Below, in pieces: positions 24,801 through 36,800 of a stretch of DNA of 64,000 bases (within the stretch, counting starts at the first letter, position 1; every line of letters begins with the position of its first letter). Location: NCBI GenBank assembly GCA_013239625.1, contig MU054220.1, forward strand, positions 1,417,509 to 1,481,508, in the 5' to 3' direction. Under the pieces are notes generated by a model. The model saw only the letters and a program-made list of their open reading frames with translations, made no database searches and was not told the origin of the DNA. Position numbers and translations under genes: made by a program. The DNA comes from Lama guanicoe. Its lineage: Eukaryota.

Positions 24801-27800
24801 CAAGGGTGACCCCCAGATTTTTGACTTGAAAAACTGGAAGTTATAGAGATGGCCATTAATGAGTTGGAAAAGAGCACAGGTGAAGAGGGTTTGCTGGGTC
24901 CAAGAGTTCTGTTTTGGACAGGTTTGGTTTGAGATCCCTGTGAGATACGGAAGGGGAAGTGCTGAGGCGTAGTCAGGAGTTCAATGGAGGGTCTGGGCTG
25001 AAGACACAGTTGAGGAATTATTGGCATTCAGTGCCATTTAAAGCTGCTACACTGAACGAGATCACCTAGAGAATGGATTCGGGTAATGTGGTAGACGGGA
25101 TGATGGGAAGTTCGGGCATTCCCAGCATGGTGCTTTCTGTGGTTCTAAAGCTACCACGTGGCAGAGCTGTGCCTGAAGAAGAGTCTGCCCTGCATCTTAG
25201 CAGGAAGACGTTACAGAAGGGGAAATACTCACATTTATTAAGGTCAGTGTAGTTTGACACTGTAGTAATATATGTGGAGGCCACATTCCACTATAACTAA
25301 TAAGGGTGTATGGTGTGAGATTTCATTATAGTGGAGTTTAGTGGCATTGAATATTCTTCTTAAAAAAATGGACTATCAAGTTTGGAAATGCTTCCATTTA
25401 ACAATTGTATAGTAAGATTTGAATTTTATATAATGCTGTGTTTTATAGAGTATGTAATGTGGTGGTTTGGAATTGGTCTGAGTTTGTTTATCCAAAATTT
25501 TCAAATTGAGAGACTTCACCTGGACACCATTACCATACATTTCAATGCAATAATAAGTTACAAAGAAAAACATGAACTTTTAAAACAAATGTCTTTTCTT
25601 TTTAATAGGAAGACCTCTGGAGATACATTGGAGCTGGTGGAAGAGTCACTGGACATAAATCTGTTGAATAATGCAGTTCGCCTCAAATTCCAAAATTGCA
25701 GCCTCTTACCTGCAGGGGTTCATGTCTCTGAGACTCAGAATCATGTGATAATCTTGATATTAACCAATCAAACAGTGCACAGGTTACTTTTACCACACCC
25801 TTCCCGGATGTACAGGAGTGTAAGTTGGTTAAGTGTAATATCCTTTATTTCCCAAGTTACTCTGACTGTCACAGATTTAGTGCTGAAGCAGTGTCCTGTG
25901 AAATTGAAAATTCAGATTCCTTGCTAGCCCTAATGAAGCCTATTTTCATGATTACTATTTAAAATGATAAGACACATTCTAAGTTGAAAAGAATAGTTGT
26001 CTTAAAAAAGAATAGCTTTCTTTTTAAGCTCAACAATTTTTTACTTTAAAAACTTCTGTAGTAACTGAGAGGAGCTGCACAAAATCCAGTTTATTTTCAT
26101 TTAACAGATTTTTCTTTTTAATTACTCCACAGGAGTTGGTAATTGAAAGTCAGATGCAGTCAATATTCACTGACATTGGAAAAGTTGATTTCAGGGATCC
26201 CTGCAACTATCAGTTAATTCCAACAGTCCCTGGACTCTCACCAAATTCTACCACGTCAGCAGCCTGGCTTAGCAACAACGGGGAGGCTCTGTTTGCTCTA
26301 CCATCTGCCTCTGGGGGAATCTTTGTTCTTAAACTACCTCCTTATGACATACCCGGTAAGAACGGGAGCTGAGCATGGGTTTAATTTTAAACAAAGGAAT
26401 GTTGGCATTAAAGCCGACATTAGAAGTCCAAGGCCATCATCCGATGTAGGAATTGCTTCTATACTAGCCCTGAAATGGTCGCTCATTATTGTTTGCCTAA
26501 TGAGTCCCTAATGCTTGACTGTGTTTTCCCAAAAGGGCAAGATTTTATACAGTGGATGAGTAGTTGTACAGCTTATTTGAGTAAACATAACTGTAAGACA
26601 GTTCTTTTCTAAGGCCTTTAGTAGAGATGAGTTGACTGGTTATCTGCCTTCAGTTTGAGGTACTGTAACTAAAATAAATTAACTGAAACAAGGAAGTTCA
26701 TTGCTAATACCCTGTCCAGGTCACCGCTCACTTGCCTGGATTATTGCATTTGCTTCCTAAATATCTCCCCAGATCTGTCCTCACCCCTATGCAGAAACTT
26801 CTCAGGCAGACTGATACATTTGAAACCTAAGTTGAGTCATGTCACTCTGTTCCTCAAAGCCCTCAAATAGGGCTGTTCTTCATCTCACTCTGAATAAACC
26901 CGAAGTCCTTACGGTGACGCCCTGCTGCCTCTAACCTCACCTTCTTCTTTCCCCTTCTCCTCTACACCAGCCACATGCCTTCTTGCAGCTCCTTGAACAT
27001 ACCAAGCACACCTACCCCAGGGCTTTTGCAGGGGATAGTCCCCCAGATACCAGCCTGGCTCATTCCCGCAGTTCCTTTAGGTCTTTATTCCGTGCCAGTG
27101 GGGTCTTCTCTGACCACCTTTTTAAAATTGCAACACCCCGCCTTCACCCCCACCGTTAGCATTCATTATGCCCTTTCTGTGTTTTATTTTTCTAACCAAT
27201 TATCTGTCCCTGCTTCTCTCTTCCTCTCAATGGAATGTAAGCTCTATGAGGACAGGAGTATTTTAATTTGTTTTGTTGACTGTTGTATCATCAGCACCTA
27301 GAACTGTACCTGGCACATGAGAGGTGTCCAGTGTTTCTTTTGGAAAAATGAAGTGATACTTCTGAGCAGGAATATAATTCACTGTTTGTAAATGGCAAAA
27401 ATTTCTTCTAGGAATGTAAAGATGCTGTTTTTATTGATCTAATAATGATTCAAAGTATTTAAGGTGTGATACACGTAGAAAGGTGTATTACGTAGAAGCC
27501 CATCACCTGTCATAAATTCCTCATTTGTGATTGCATCCTTCTCACCTTTGGGTTTCACCAAGTATGGTCAAGAGGTGCCTTGGATATCACTGGTTTGTTT
27601 TCAACCTCGTAGGGTTGGTGTCGGTTGTGGAGCTGAAACAGAGTTCAGTAATGCAACGGTTGCTTATAGGCTGGATGCCAACAGCTATCAGGTGGGTGGT
27701 CTCTGGTAGGTAAATCAAAGGGCATGAGAATTTAATCTTTTTGCACTGGTCAGCACCTGCTAGTGCTCCCAGTCTGACTCCAAGGCAGTGGAACATTATA

Positions 27801-30800
27801 CTAGGAAGGAGAAGGGGCTACACAGCATCATGTTCCCTCTGAGAAGAGCCACACTCCAGAGCCCACTTCATTTGGGACTGGACACTTTGATGACAGAAAC
27901 TGGCTTACTGTATTTCTTCTCACAACATCCGGTTCAGTGCTCTGCCCTGACTTACCAAATCTAATTTTGTGTAATATTAGAAGTAGAAAGTTTGATGTTT
28001 AAAATAGTATTCCATTGATATTTAGAGAGTTTTAAAATTTATTGTAGTAATTGGTCATAAGTCAAATGAAAAATGTAATTCTCTTAGACCAGCCTGAAAA
28101 CTGTTGCTCCTTCTGTTAAGAGTGTGCATTTATAATTGTATCTTATCTCTTAAATTGCAAATTCTGATGATTAAATAATTTGCAACAGTAGAACTCTAAA
28201 ACTTGGCCTTATGTTTTTAGAGGTGATCAGGGACCTTCGGATCGTCCCCTCAGTCTTGCTGTTCATTGTGTTGAACACGATGCCTTCATCTTTGCTCTGT
28301 GTCAAGACCATAAATTACGAATGTGGTCTTATAAGGTAAATGCTACGTTTATAGTTACTGTAAGTTAAAATAGGATTGTGAATTATAAGGGAATTTAAAT
28401 AAATCTTACTTCCTCTCTTAGAAGAGCTCTGGTAAGAGCTCTTAGTTTGGAAATTTTCATATTTAGACAGTTTCATTTACTTTATTTTTCATACATTTCT
28501 CCTCTTTTTGTATTTTTATTTTGAAAATTATGAGTCCTACAGAAAAGTGAGGTGGTACAGAGTATACTCTTCACTTAGGAACAAATGTGTTTTTAAAATA
28601 CAAGTTGGTAAAATAGTTTTCAAGATTTTCAAACAAAACAGCTGATGATTTTATCTCTCGGAACTAAAGAGATATTTTCATCTCAGCCTTTAAAAAAAGC
28701 ACTCTTTGGCAGATAAATTAGATAGGCTGCTAGATATAATGGATGTACATTCTTTTTTTTTTTTAATGGTGGAGGTAATTAAGTTTATTTATTTGTTAAT
28801 TTTTAGGGGAGGTACTGAGGATTGAACCCAGGACCTTGTGCGTGCTAAGCATGTGCTCTAGCGCCTGAGCTATATCCTCCCCTCTTTAATTTTTAAATTA
28901 TTTTTTTATTTTTTGTTGGGGGAGGTAATTAGGTTCTTATTTGTTTATTTTTAATGGAGGTACTGGGGATTGAACCCAGGAATTTGTGCGTGCTGGGCAG
29001 GTACTCTACCACTGAGCTATACCCTCCCCTGTTGAATGTACATTCTTTAAAAAGGGAAGGCGTTTTTCTAACCTGAATATTCTCTGATACTACTTATTAA
29101 CTCTTACCTTGGGCAGGACCAAATGTGCCTGATGGTCGCCGACATGCTGGAGTATGTCCCTGTGAATAAAGACCTTCGGCTGACTGCTGGGACTGGTCAC
29201 AAACTGCGGCTTGCTTATTCCCCTTCCATGGGACTCTACCTGGGGATATACATGCATGCACCAAAGCGAGGACAGGTATGAAACCTGTAAGACTCGTATC
29301 AAGTTGTATTCTGTATAGACTGATGTGGGAAGTAGCTGTAGGCTCACTGAGTCTGTTTAAACTCTGCACACCAACCTAGATGTTTCATGTGTTGTTCCAC
29401 AGAGATTGTTGGTTTTATGCTAATATGAGAATTAAAAGATCTTGAAGGAGAAGTCACAATGAAGAGGGGTAGAGAGTTTAAAGGAGTATGAAAGGAAAGC
29501 TTAACCCAAAACTAAACAAGAAAGAGTCGTCTGGAAAGTATGGGTGAAAAACAATGGAGTTATGATAGGGATGTAGGTGCTATTAAGTGGTTGAGGGGAA
29601 GTTAATTTTTAGAAATAATTTTGCTCATCATCCAGACACTATCTGTTGTGTGTATGTAGATGAAGTATATAGGATGCAATGCAATGATGTAATCATACAA
29701 TAAACAGCCACTTGTTGGGTATTATGTGTTCCTTTTATGTACATCAATAGCAAACGCTTGGACCATGCCTGCTGTGGGCTCACACACTACACATGTCATC
29801 CATTTAATCCTAATAACATTCCAGTGAGGTGGGGTTTGTTCTCATGCTGCTGGAGCTCTGACTCCCCATGCTGGGTGCTGCTTTGCTTGGGTGCCCTCCT
29901 CACCGCTGTTGGGCTCTGATGTCCCTGTCCAGGTTGTCCCTCGATATGGATGCTCTCCTCACCCTGTCTGGGCCCTGACACTCTGCACTAGTCCACCCCC
30001 ATGCAGTGGACACCCTCCTCACCTACTTGGGCTCTAAGCCCCAGTGCAGGCTGCCACCCTGTATAGACACTGTCCTCATCCTGCTTGAGTTTTCATCCTG
30101 CGCCAGGCCTTCGATATATGTGGAAACCATCTCGCCCTGCTCATGCACCTCACCCTAAGCCAGGCTACTCCCAAACATGGAAACCTTCTTACCTCCTTGG
30201 ATTCTTGATTCGTTCTACAACCCCCTCCTTGGGCTTGATAATTTGCTAAAATTACCCACAGAACTCAGGGAAATACTCACTTTTATTTACGAATTTATTG
30301 TATGATAAAGGTTACACAAAAACAGCCAGATGAAGAGGTACGTAGTGCGAGGTCCAGAAGGGTCCCGGGGTGTTGGGGCATGCCACCCTCTCTGTACATG
30401 GATGTGTTCACCAACCTGGAAGCTCTCTAAATGCTGTACCTTAGGGATTTTTATGGAGGCTGCATCACGTCGCCATAGTGGATTATTGACTCAATCTTTA
30501 GCCTCCTTTTGCTTTCCAGAGGATGGGAGTCAGGGATGAAAGTTCCAGGCTTGGTCTTTCTGGTGACCAGCTCCCATCCTGAAGCTATCCAGGAGTCACC
30601 TCCTTAGAACAGAAAGTTTTCCTATCATCCAGGAAATTCCAAGGGGTTTAGGAGCTCTGTGTCAGGAACCAGGGTCCAAAACCAAATGTTAGAACAAAAG
30701 ATGCTTCTCGCACCCCTGTCACTCAGGAGATTGAAAGAGTTTTAGGAGCTGGTGTCAGAAGCCAGGGACAGACACCACTATGTATATTTATTATTACCTC

Positions 30801-33800
30801 ACAGATTCTGATAGAGATTGTGTTGGCTCTGTAGATCATGTTGGAAATTATTGCCATCTTAGCAGTATTAAGGCTTTTAGTTCATGAACATAAGCTGCTT
30901 TTCCATTTATTTAGATCTTCTTTAATTTTTTTTTAGCAATGTTTTGTAGTTTTCAGAGTGTAACTTGTGGTTTTTTTAATCAGTCTATTCCTAGGTATTC
31001 TATATTGTAAATGAAATTTTTTTCTTAATTACATTTCAAATTGCTCATTGCAGGTTTATAGAAATACAGTTTTATTTTATATTGATCTTGTGTCCTGTAA
31101 CCCTGCTGAACTCTTTTATTAGGGTTAGGGTTAGGATTAGAGTGGGACTTTTTAAATTTATAGGACAATAGAATCTGCCAATAAAGATAGTTGTGCTACT
31201 TTCCAATCCGGAGACTTTTTCTGTTGTTTTTGTTTAATTGCCTTGGAAAGATCCTCCAATACAATGTTGAATAGAAATGACAAATGTTGACATCCATGTC
31301 TTGGTCCTGATCTAAGAGAGAAAGCTTTTATGTTTCACCGATGTAAGCTGTGAATTGTTTCATTAATGCCCTTTATCGTGTTGAGGAAGTTCCTCTCTAT
31401 TCCTAGTTTGTTAAGGGTTTTTATCTTGAAAGGATATTCAGTTTGGTGCCTCTCCCTTAATTCACACTGACACCAATATTTTAGTCACTTTTGCTTTTGC
31501 ATTATTAGTGCAAATACTAACACAGTGAAAACGGTAGTATTATAAAAAAGAGTTTTGACCTTATTGAAACAGTCTCAGGGACTTCTTGGAATCTGTGGCC
31601 CACATTTTGAGAACCACTGGTCTGAAAATTCTATTGAGGGTGAATGTGGTATTCTAGGAGCAGTATCAAATTGAGCAGAGCTATTACGTCCTTTGTTTTG
31701 AGCATTATGGTTCTATTAATGGGACCTAAAATCAGATACACTTTCTTAGCAGCTATGTAACACTGCTGTACCTAGTCAGCATATAATGAAGTTGAGGTCT
31801 TTTTCTTCTTAAATAAAAGCTATTCTTCAGCGTGTTTTTTCTCCCGAATCTGCACATTTGAAGATTCTTTTTTTAATCTCTGTAATGCTTTATATCCATT
31901 CCTATTAGTCTCATTTGTTTCTTCTTGGTTTTCTTTTGGTTCTTTAGATTCTAATACTGTTAATAAGTGCATTAATTTAATCATTTCAAGCATCATGTCC
32001 TCAGTGTTAGAAGGATGCCATCTGTATTTCCACACTAATAAAAATCTCAAACAGAAGTTCTGTAGACCTATGATGTGGTCCGTGGAATGGTTCTGAGCCA
32101 CAAATTGTTTGTTACCAGTTTGCAGTAAGATAAGAACAGAAAGTGAGAGAAAACATTCACAAACTTGTGCAGTGACTTGACATTGCCACAGACATCCACA
32201 TTCAAGGTGTCTGGCACTTTGGTAAAAATATAAACTTAAAAATAGGTTCCTGACCATAGTGAGATACCCCCTCACACACGTTAAGATAGCTACTGTGGGG
32301 GGAAATAAATAGAAAATATCAAGTGTTGGCAAGGATGTGGAGACATTGGAACCCTTGTCAATTGCTGGTGGGAATGTAAAGTTTTGCAGGCACTATTGAA
32401 AACAGTATGGTGGTTCCTCAAAAAATTAGTCATAGGATTTCTATATGATCAAGTAACTCCATTTCTGGGTATATATCCAAAAGAATTCAAAGTAGGGTCT
32501 TGAGGTGATATTTTTACACCCATGTTCATAGCAACAATATTCCCAGTAGCCCAAAAGTGGAAGCAACCTTAGTCTTCATTGATGAATGAATGGATAAGCA
32601 AGATGTATATACATAAAATGGAATATTATTCAACTTTTAAAAGGAAGGAAATTCTGACACATACTGTAACATGGATGAACCTTGAGGATGTTATACTAAG
32701 TGAAATAGAGTCACAAAAAGAAATACTGTTAAGATTCCGTTATATAGAGTAGTCAAGGTCATAGAGACAGAAAGTAGAATGTTGGCTGTCGGGGCTGGAG
32801 GGAGGGGAAATCGGAAGTTGTGTAATGGGTATGGAGTTTCAGTTTTGCACAATGAAAAAAAAAAGTTTTGGAGATTGGTTGCACAACAGTGTGAATGTAC
32901 TTAATACTACTGAAGCATATGCTTCAAAATAGTTAAGATGGTAAATACTTTCTGTAATTTATCACACTTTTTAAAACATTTGGCTTCTGAATGCCAGTGT
33001 GTTGCTTAGAAAAATAGCGTGTTGATCATTTCAAGTACTAAATCACCAACTTGTGTTTTAACAGTTCTGCGTTTTCCAGTTGGTGAGCACTGAGAACAAC
33101 CGCTACAGTCTAGATCACATTTCCTCACTGTTCACTTCTCAGGTAGGTTGAATCATCCTTTGCTTATCACATTAGTACAGGAAAGAAGCATTGACTAACT
33201 ATGTTGTAATGGGACTGAAATCTTAAAATGGAGTATTTAATGAAATTTCATGCAAACAAAATTTCATTTGGATTTTGCCAAATTCATGTGGTACTGTCTT
33301 TTGTTTTCATGCTTTTACCTCTCCTGCCGATACAAATTTAAGTCGCCATAAATTAATACCTTTTCTTTCTTATTTTAACCTGTTTTTTTGTTTGTTTTTT
33401 CCCCCCTACATTTCCTCCTAGGAGACACTGATTGACTTTGCCTTAACCTCCACGGATATCTGGGCCCTGTGGCATGATGCTGAGAACCAAACAGTTGTAA
33501 AATACATCAACTTTGAACAGTACGGGTCCCTCCCCTCTGTCATCCTACCTTACCGCAAGCAGTTTCATACTTAGAAAACCAGAGAGCTCTTATGTAGAAC
33601 CAAAGTCAGATGTTTGCATTTAAAGGATTCATCCCTGGATTTGCCTGTTTTCTGACATAATGTCTTTTGAATTTTGTGTTATTTCCAACCTCATGGTTTT
33701 AGGACAAAATAAGGATTCTTAAAGTTGGAATGAGGTTAAAAAAAAAATAGTACCATATTTCTTGGGATAAGATAGCTCATATCCAAAAAACTTCTAATCT

Positions 33801-36800
33801 GGATATTTTCTTTCCTTCTAAGTAAAGACTGTTTCTGATACCTAAAACTTCCAAAAGACACTGCAACCCCTTTGGGGTCTCAGTTTCCTCATCGTAAGAG
33901 GGTGAATGTAATAGATTCCTCATCGTAATAGATGAATAAGTACCTTGTTTTTCAAACTTTTTTAAAAAGCAGGAAACCCTTTTTTTCAAAAAATAATGAA
34001 CTCTAATATATAACAAATTAGTATTTTATGAGTGTAAAATTATAATACAATTTAACATTGGTAATCTCTAATGTTAGACATGTGATATGTTTGTTATCTG
34101 ATTTTTTTAATGTACATGATATTCACTTAAAATTTTTTAATACTTACAAAATACATTTTAAAAACGAATTTTGAATCAAACACTTGTGTAATCCTTGAAA
34201 CACCTGTGGAGGATCCCCTGGATTGCAGCTTGACATCCCTGAAACTACAGTTGACCCTTAAACAACAAGTACTTGAACTGTGGGGTCCACTTAATGCACA
34301 GATTTTTTTAGTAGTAAATACTGTATACAGTGCTATTTGACCTGTGGTTGCTTAAATCCACAGATACGGAGGACCAACTGTAAGTTATACATGGATTTTC
34401 AGGGGGAGGGTATAGCTCAGTTATAGGGCAAATGCTTAGCATGCAGGAGGTCCTGGGTTCAATCCCCAGTACCTCCTCTATAAAATAAATAAACCTAATT
34501 ACCACCCCCCACCCTGCCAAAATAAAAATAATTAAATTATGCAATAATAATTTTTTTTTAAGTTATACATGGATTTTGGACATGCAGAGGGTTGGCACTC
34601 ATAAACCCCATGTCATTTAAGGCAACTGTAAACTAATTGAATCCAAAGAGTCCCTCATAACCTTGTATTCTAGAATAGAATTCTAGGAATGGTTGCCCCC
34701 AGATTGACCCTGAGCCACACCTCAGAAAATTGAATACTCCTCATACATGACATCTAAGCAAAATGGTAAAAAAGCAAAAAATCTGGAGTCAGATGAGTGT
34801 GTGAATACTGGTTTTACTACTTACTATCTGTGAGATACCACAAACCCCACTTTTCATATCTTTGAAATGAGTGCAATGCATCCTTCAAAGAGTTATCATG
34901 AGACACATGTGAGTAGTATCTGTTAACTGCACCTAGCATAATGTCTAGCATATAGTAAATGTAGAATGAAAGTTAATTATTTATAGATTTGTGTTTAGAG
35001 TTTTAATTTCAGGAAGGTGCCTGTTAAGACGGGTAAGAGCACTTCTATAATCCAGACTGCTATGAATATGTTTCTCTTCTTTTGGAAAAGTTTTTAATAG
35101 AATTGATCAAGCAACAGTTGCAGAAGTTCAGTGATGGGACCCTCCCTGCCCTGATACTGCCAACAGCATAAGCAGCATTTTTATTCATCATCTTTTCGTA
35201 GACTGATAGTCTTTTTCTCTCTGTAGTAATGTTGCAGGTCAGTGGAATCCAGTTTTTATGCAGCCTCTGCCAGAGGAAGAAATTGTTATCAGAGATGATC
35301 AAGACCCCAGAGTAAGCAATGCTTAAGTCTTATGTAAGGGGATGGTTTCCCCTGATCGTTAGTTTGAAAGGAACCCGTTGTATTAGCAGAACTCTTTCAG
35401 CTGTAGAGGGAAGAAACCCACCTCAAACGGATGTAAGCTGTAAAGGAGAATGTATTGGCTTGTGTGGCTGAGAAATTCAGTTGCCTGGTTTCAGCTATGT
35501 CTGGAACAATGCCTTCAGGGCCTAATCTCTCGTTTGTCTCTTTTTGCTTTCCTCCTTGTTGGGTTTATGGTCAGGCAGGCTCCCTGAGCAAACTTGCATT
35601 CTGTGAACTTAGCAGCCCCAGGGGAAGGAGCACTTCTGTCCCAGATCCTGGAGTTGACACTGGCCTGGCTTGAGTCATGTGCTAATTCCTGACATAGTCA
35701 CTCTGATCAGAAGGAATAGAATGTTCTGGCTTGGCATGAGAAACACATGTAGCCTGTGCCTTGCTGTTGTCGAGGGAGGTGAAGTCAGTTGCATCTGGGT
35801 AGGGGAGGAATGGTTCCCCAGAGAAAGGTAAGGGACTTGTTAGTAAAAGAACGGAACATGGATTCTGGACAGGTACAGACAGTAGGTGTCCAGTATACTA
35901 ACCATGTTATTCTGTGTCTAGTTCATGTTATTATATGCACATGAACTAGAAATAAGCTAAATTCTGGTAGAGGTGTATGCTATGAGGAATATAACTTTAA
36001 ATGATAAGGCAATAGAGTAAAACAGGCCAGTCTCCCTGTTTTTCAGGGACACCCTTGAGATAAGTGGAAGAAAAAGTTTTCAGTTGATGTATTAATGTTA
36101 AAATGAAATTAAAGTTGATGGGCTCTGGCTCTGAAACGATGACTACTTGTAAGATTGGAAAACCCACTTTGAACGTCTGAAATTGAATATTGCTGTATTG
36201 TTAATCTCTAATCTCAAGAGTTTATTGGTACTTGACTTTTGTCTAAAAACCAAAAGCATGTGCTAATTATTAAAATCCTTGTTTTTCTCCTTCATTTTGG
36301 TCATTTTATTATCCCCCTGAACCTCGGTAAAAGGAAGGAAACTTGAATGAAGATCAATCAGGTTTGCTGCTTATTGACAAATCAGGTTTATGAAATTTGG
36401 TCAAAATAAGTAACAGTACAAGACTTTTCATTTTATTCTCTAGACTTCATTTCCCCAGTTGTGAGAGCTTGTTGCAGTTATTTTTGTTTTTTGTTTTTTA
36501 CTTACAATACCTACTATTGGTTCTTTTTCTTTTATATGTGAACCATAAAATGAGTTCTTTTGTTGATGGTGTAGAAACCAGCTTAATTATTCTCTTACCA
36601 AATTTTTATCTCTTCCATTTAAGATTGGCATTTGAACTAATATATATAAAATAGATAAACAAATTTATACTGTACAGCATACGGATCTATATTCAATATC
36701 TTATAGTAACTTACAGTGAAAAAGAATATGAAGATGAATATATGTATGTTCCTATGACTGAATTGTTATGCTGTACATGAGAAATTGACACAACATTGTA

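Noticed and set aside
25382..25608. Hydrophobic N-terminal extension in the 181-aa ORF upstream of exon 3
   Set aside because: Starts at TTG in AT-rich intron sequence; a clear acceptor at 25607-25608 explains the real coding start
32070..32098. ATGATG...CTGA box C/D-like pair in intron 7 (similar pairs at ~60243-60292 and ~60431-60464)
   Set aside because: Too short, imperfect box C, no convincing terminal stem; two of the three are not intronic
31820..32332. 170-aa minus-strand ORF in intron 7
   Set aside because: Begins within an L1 fragment at a non-ATG codon and has no recognisable domain; likely chance
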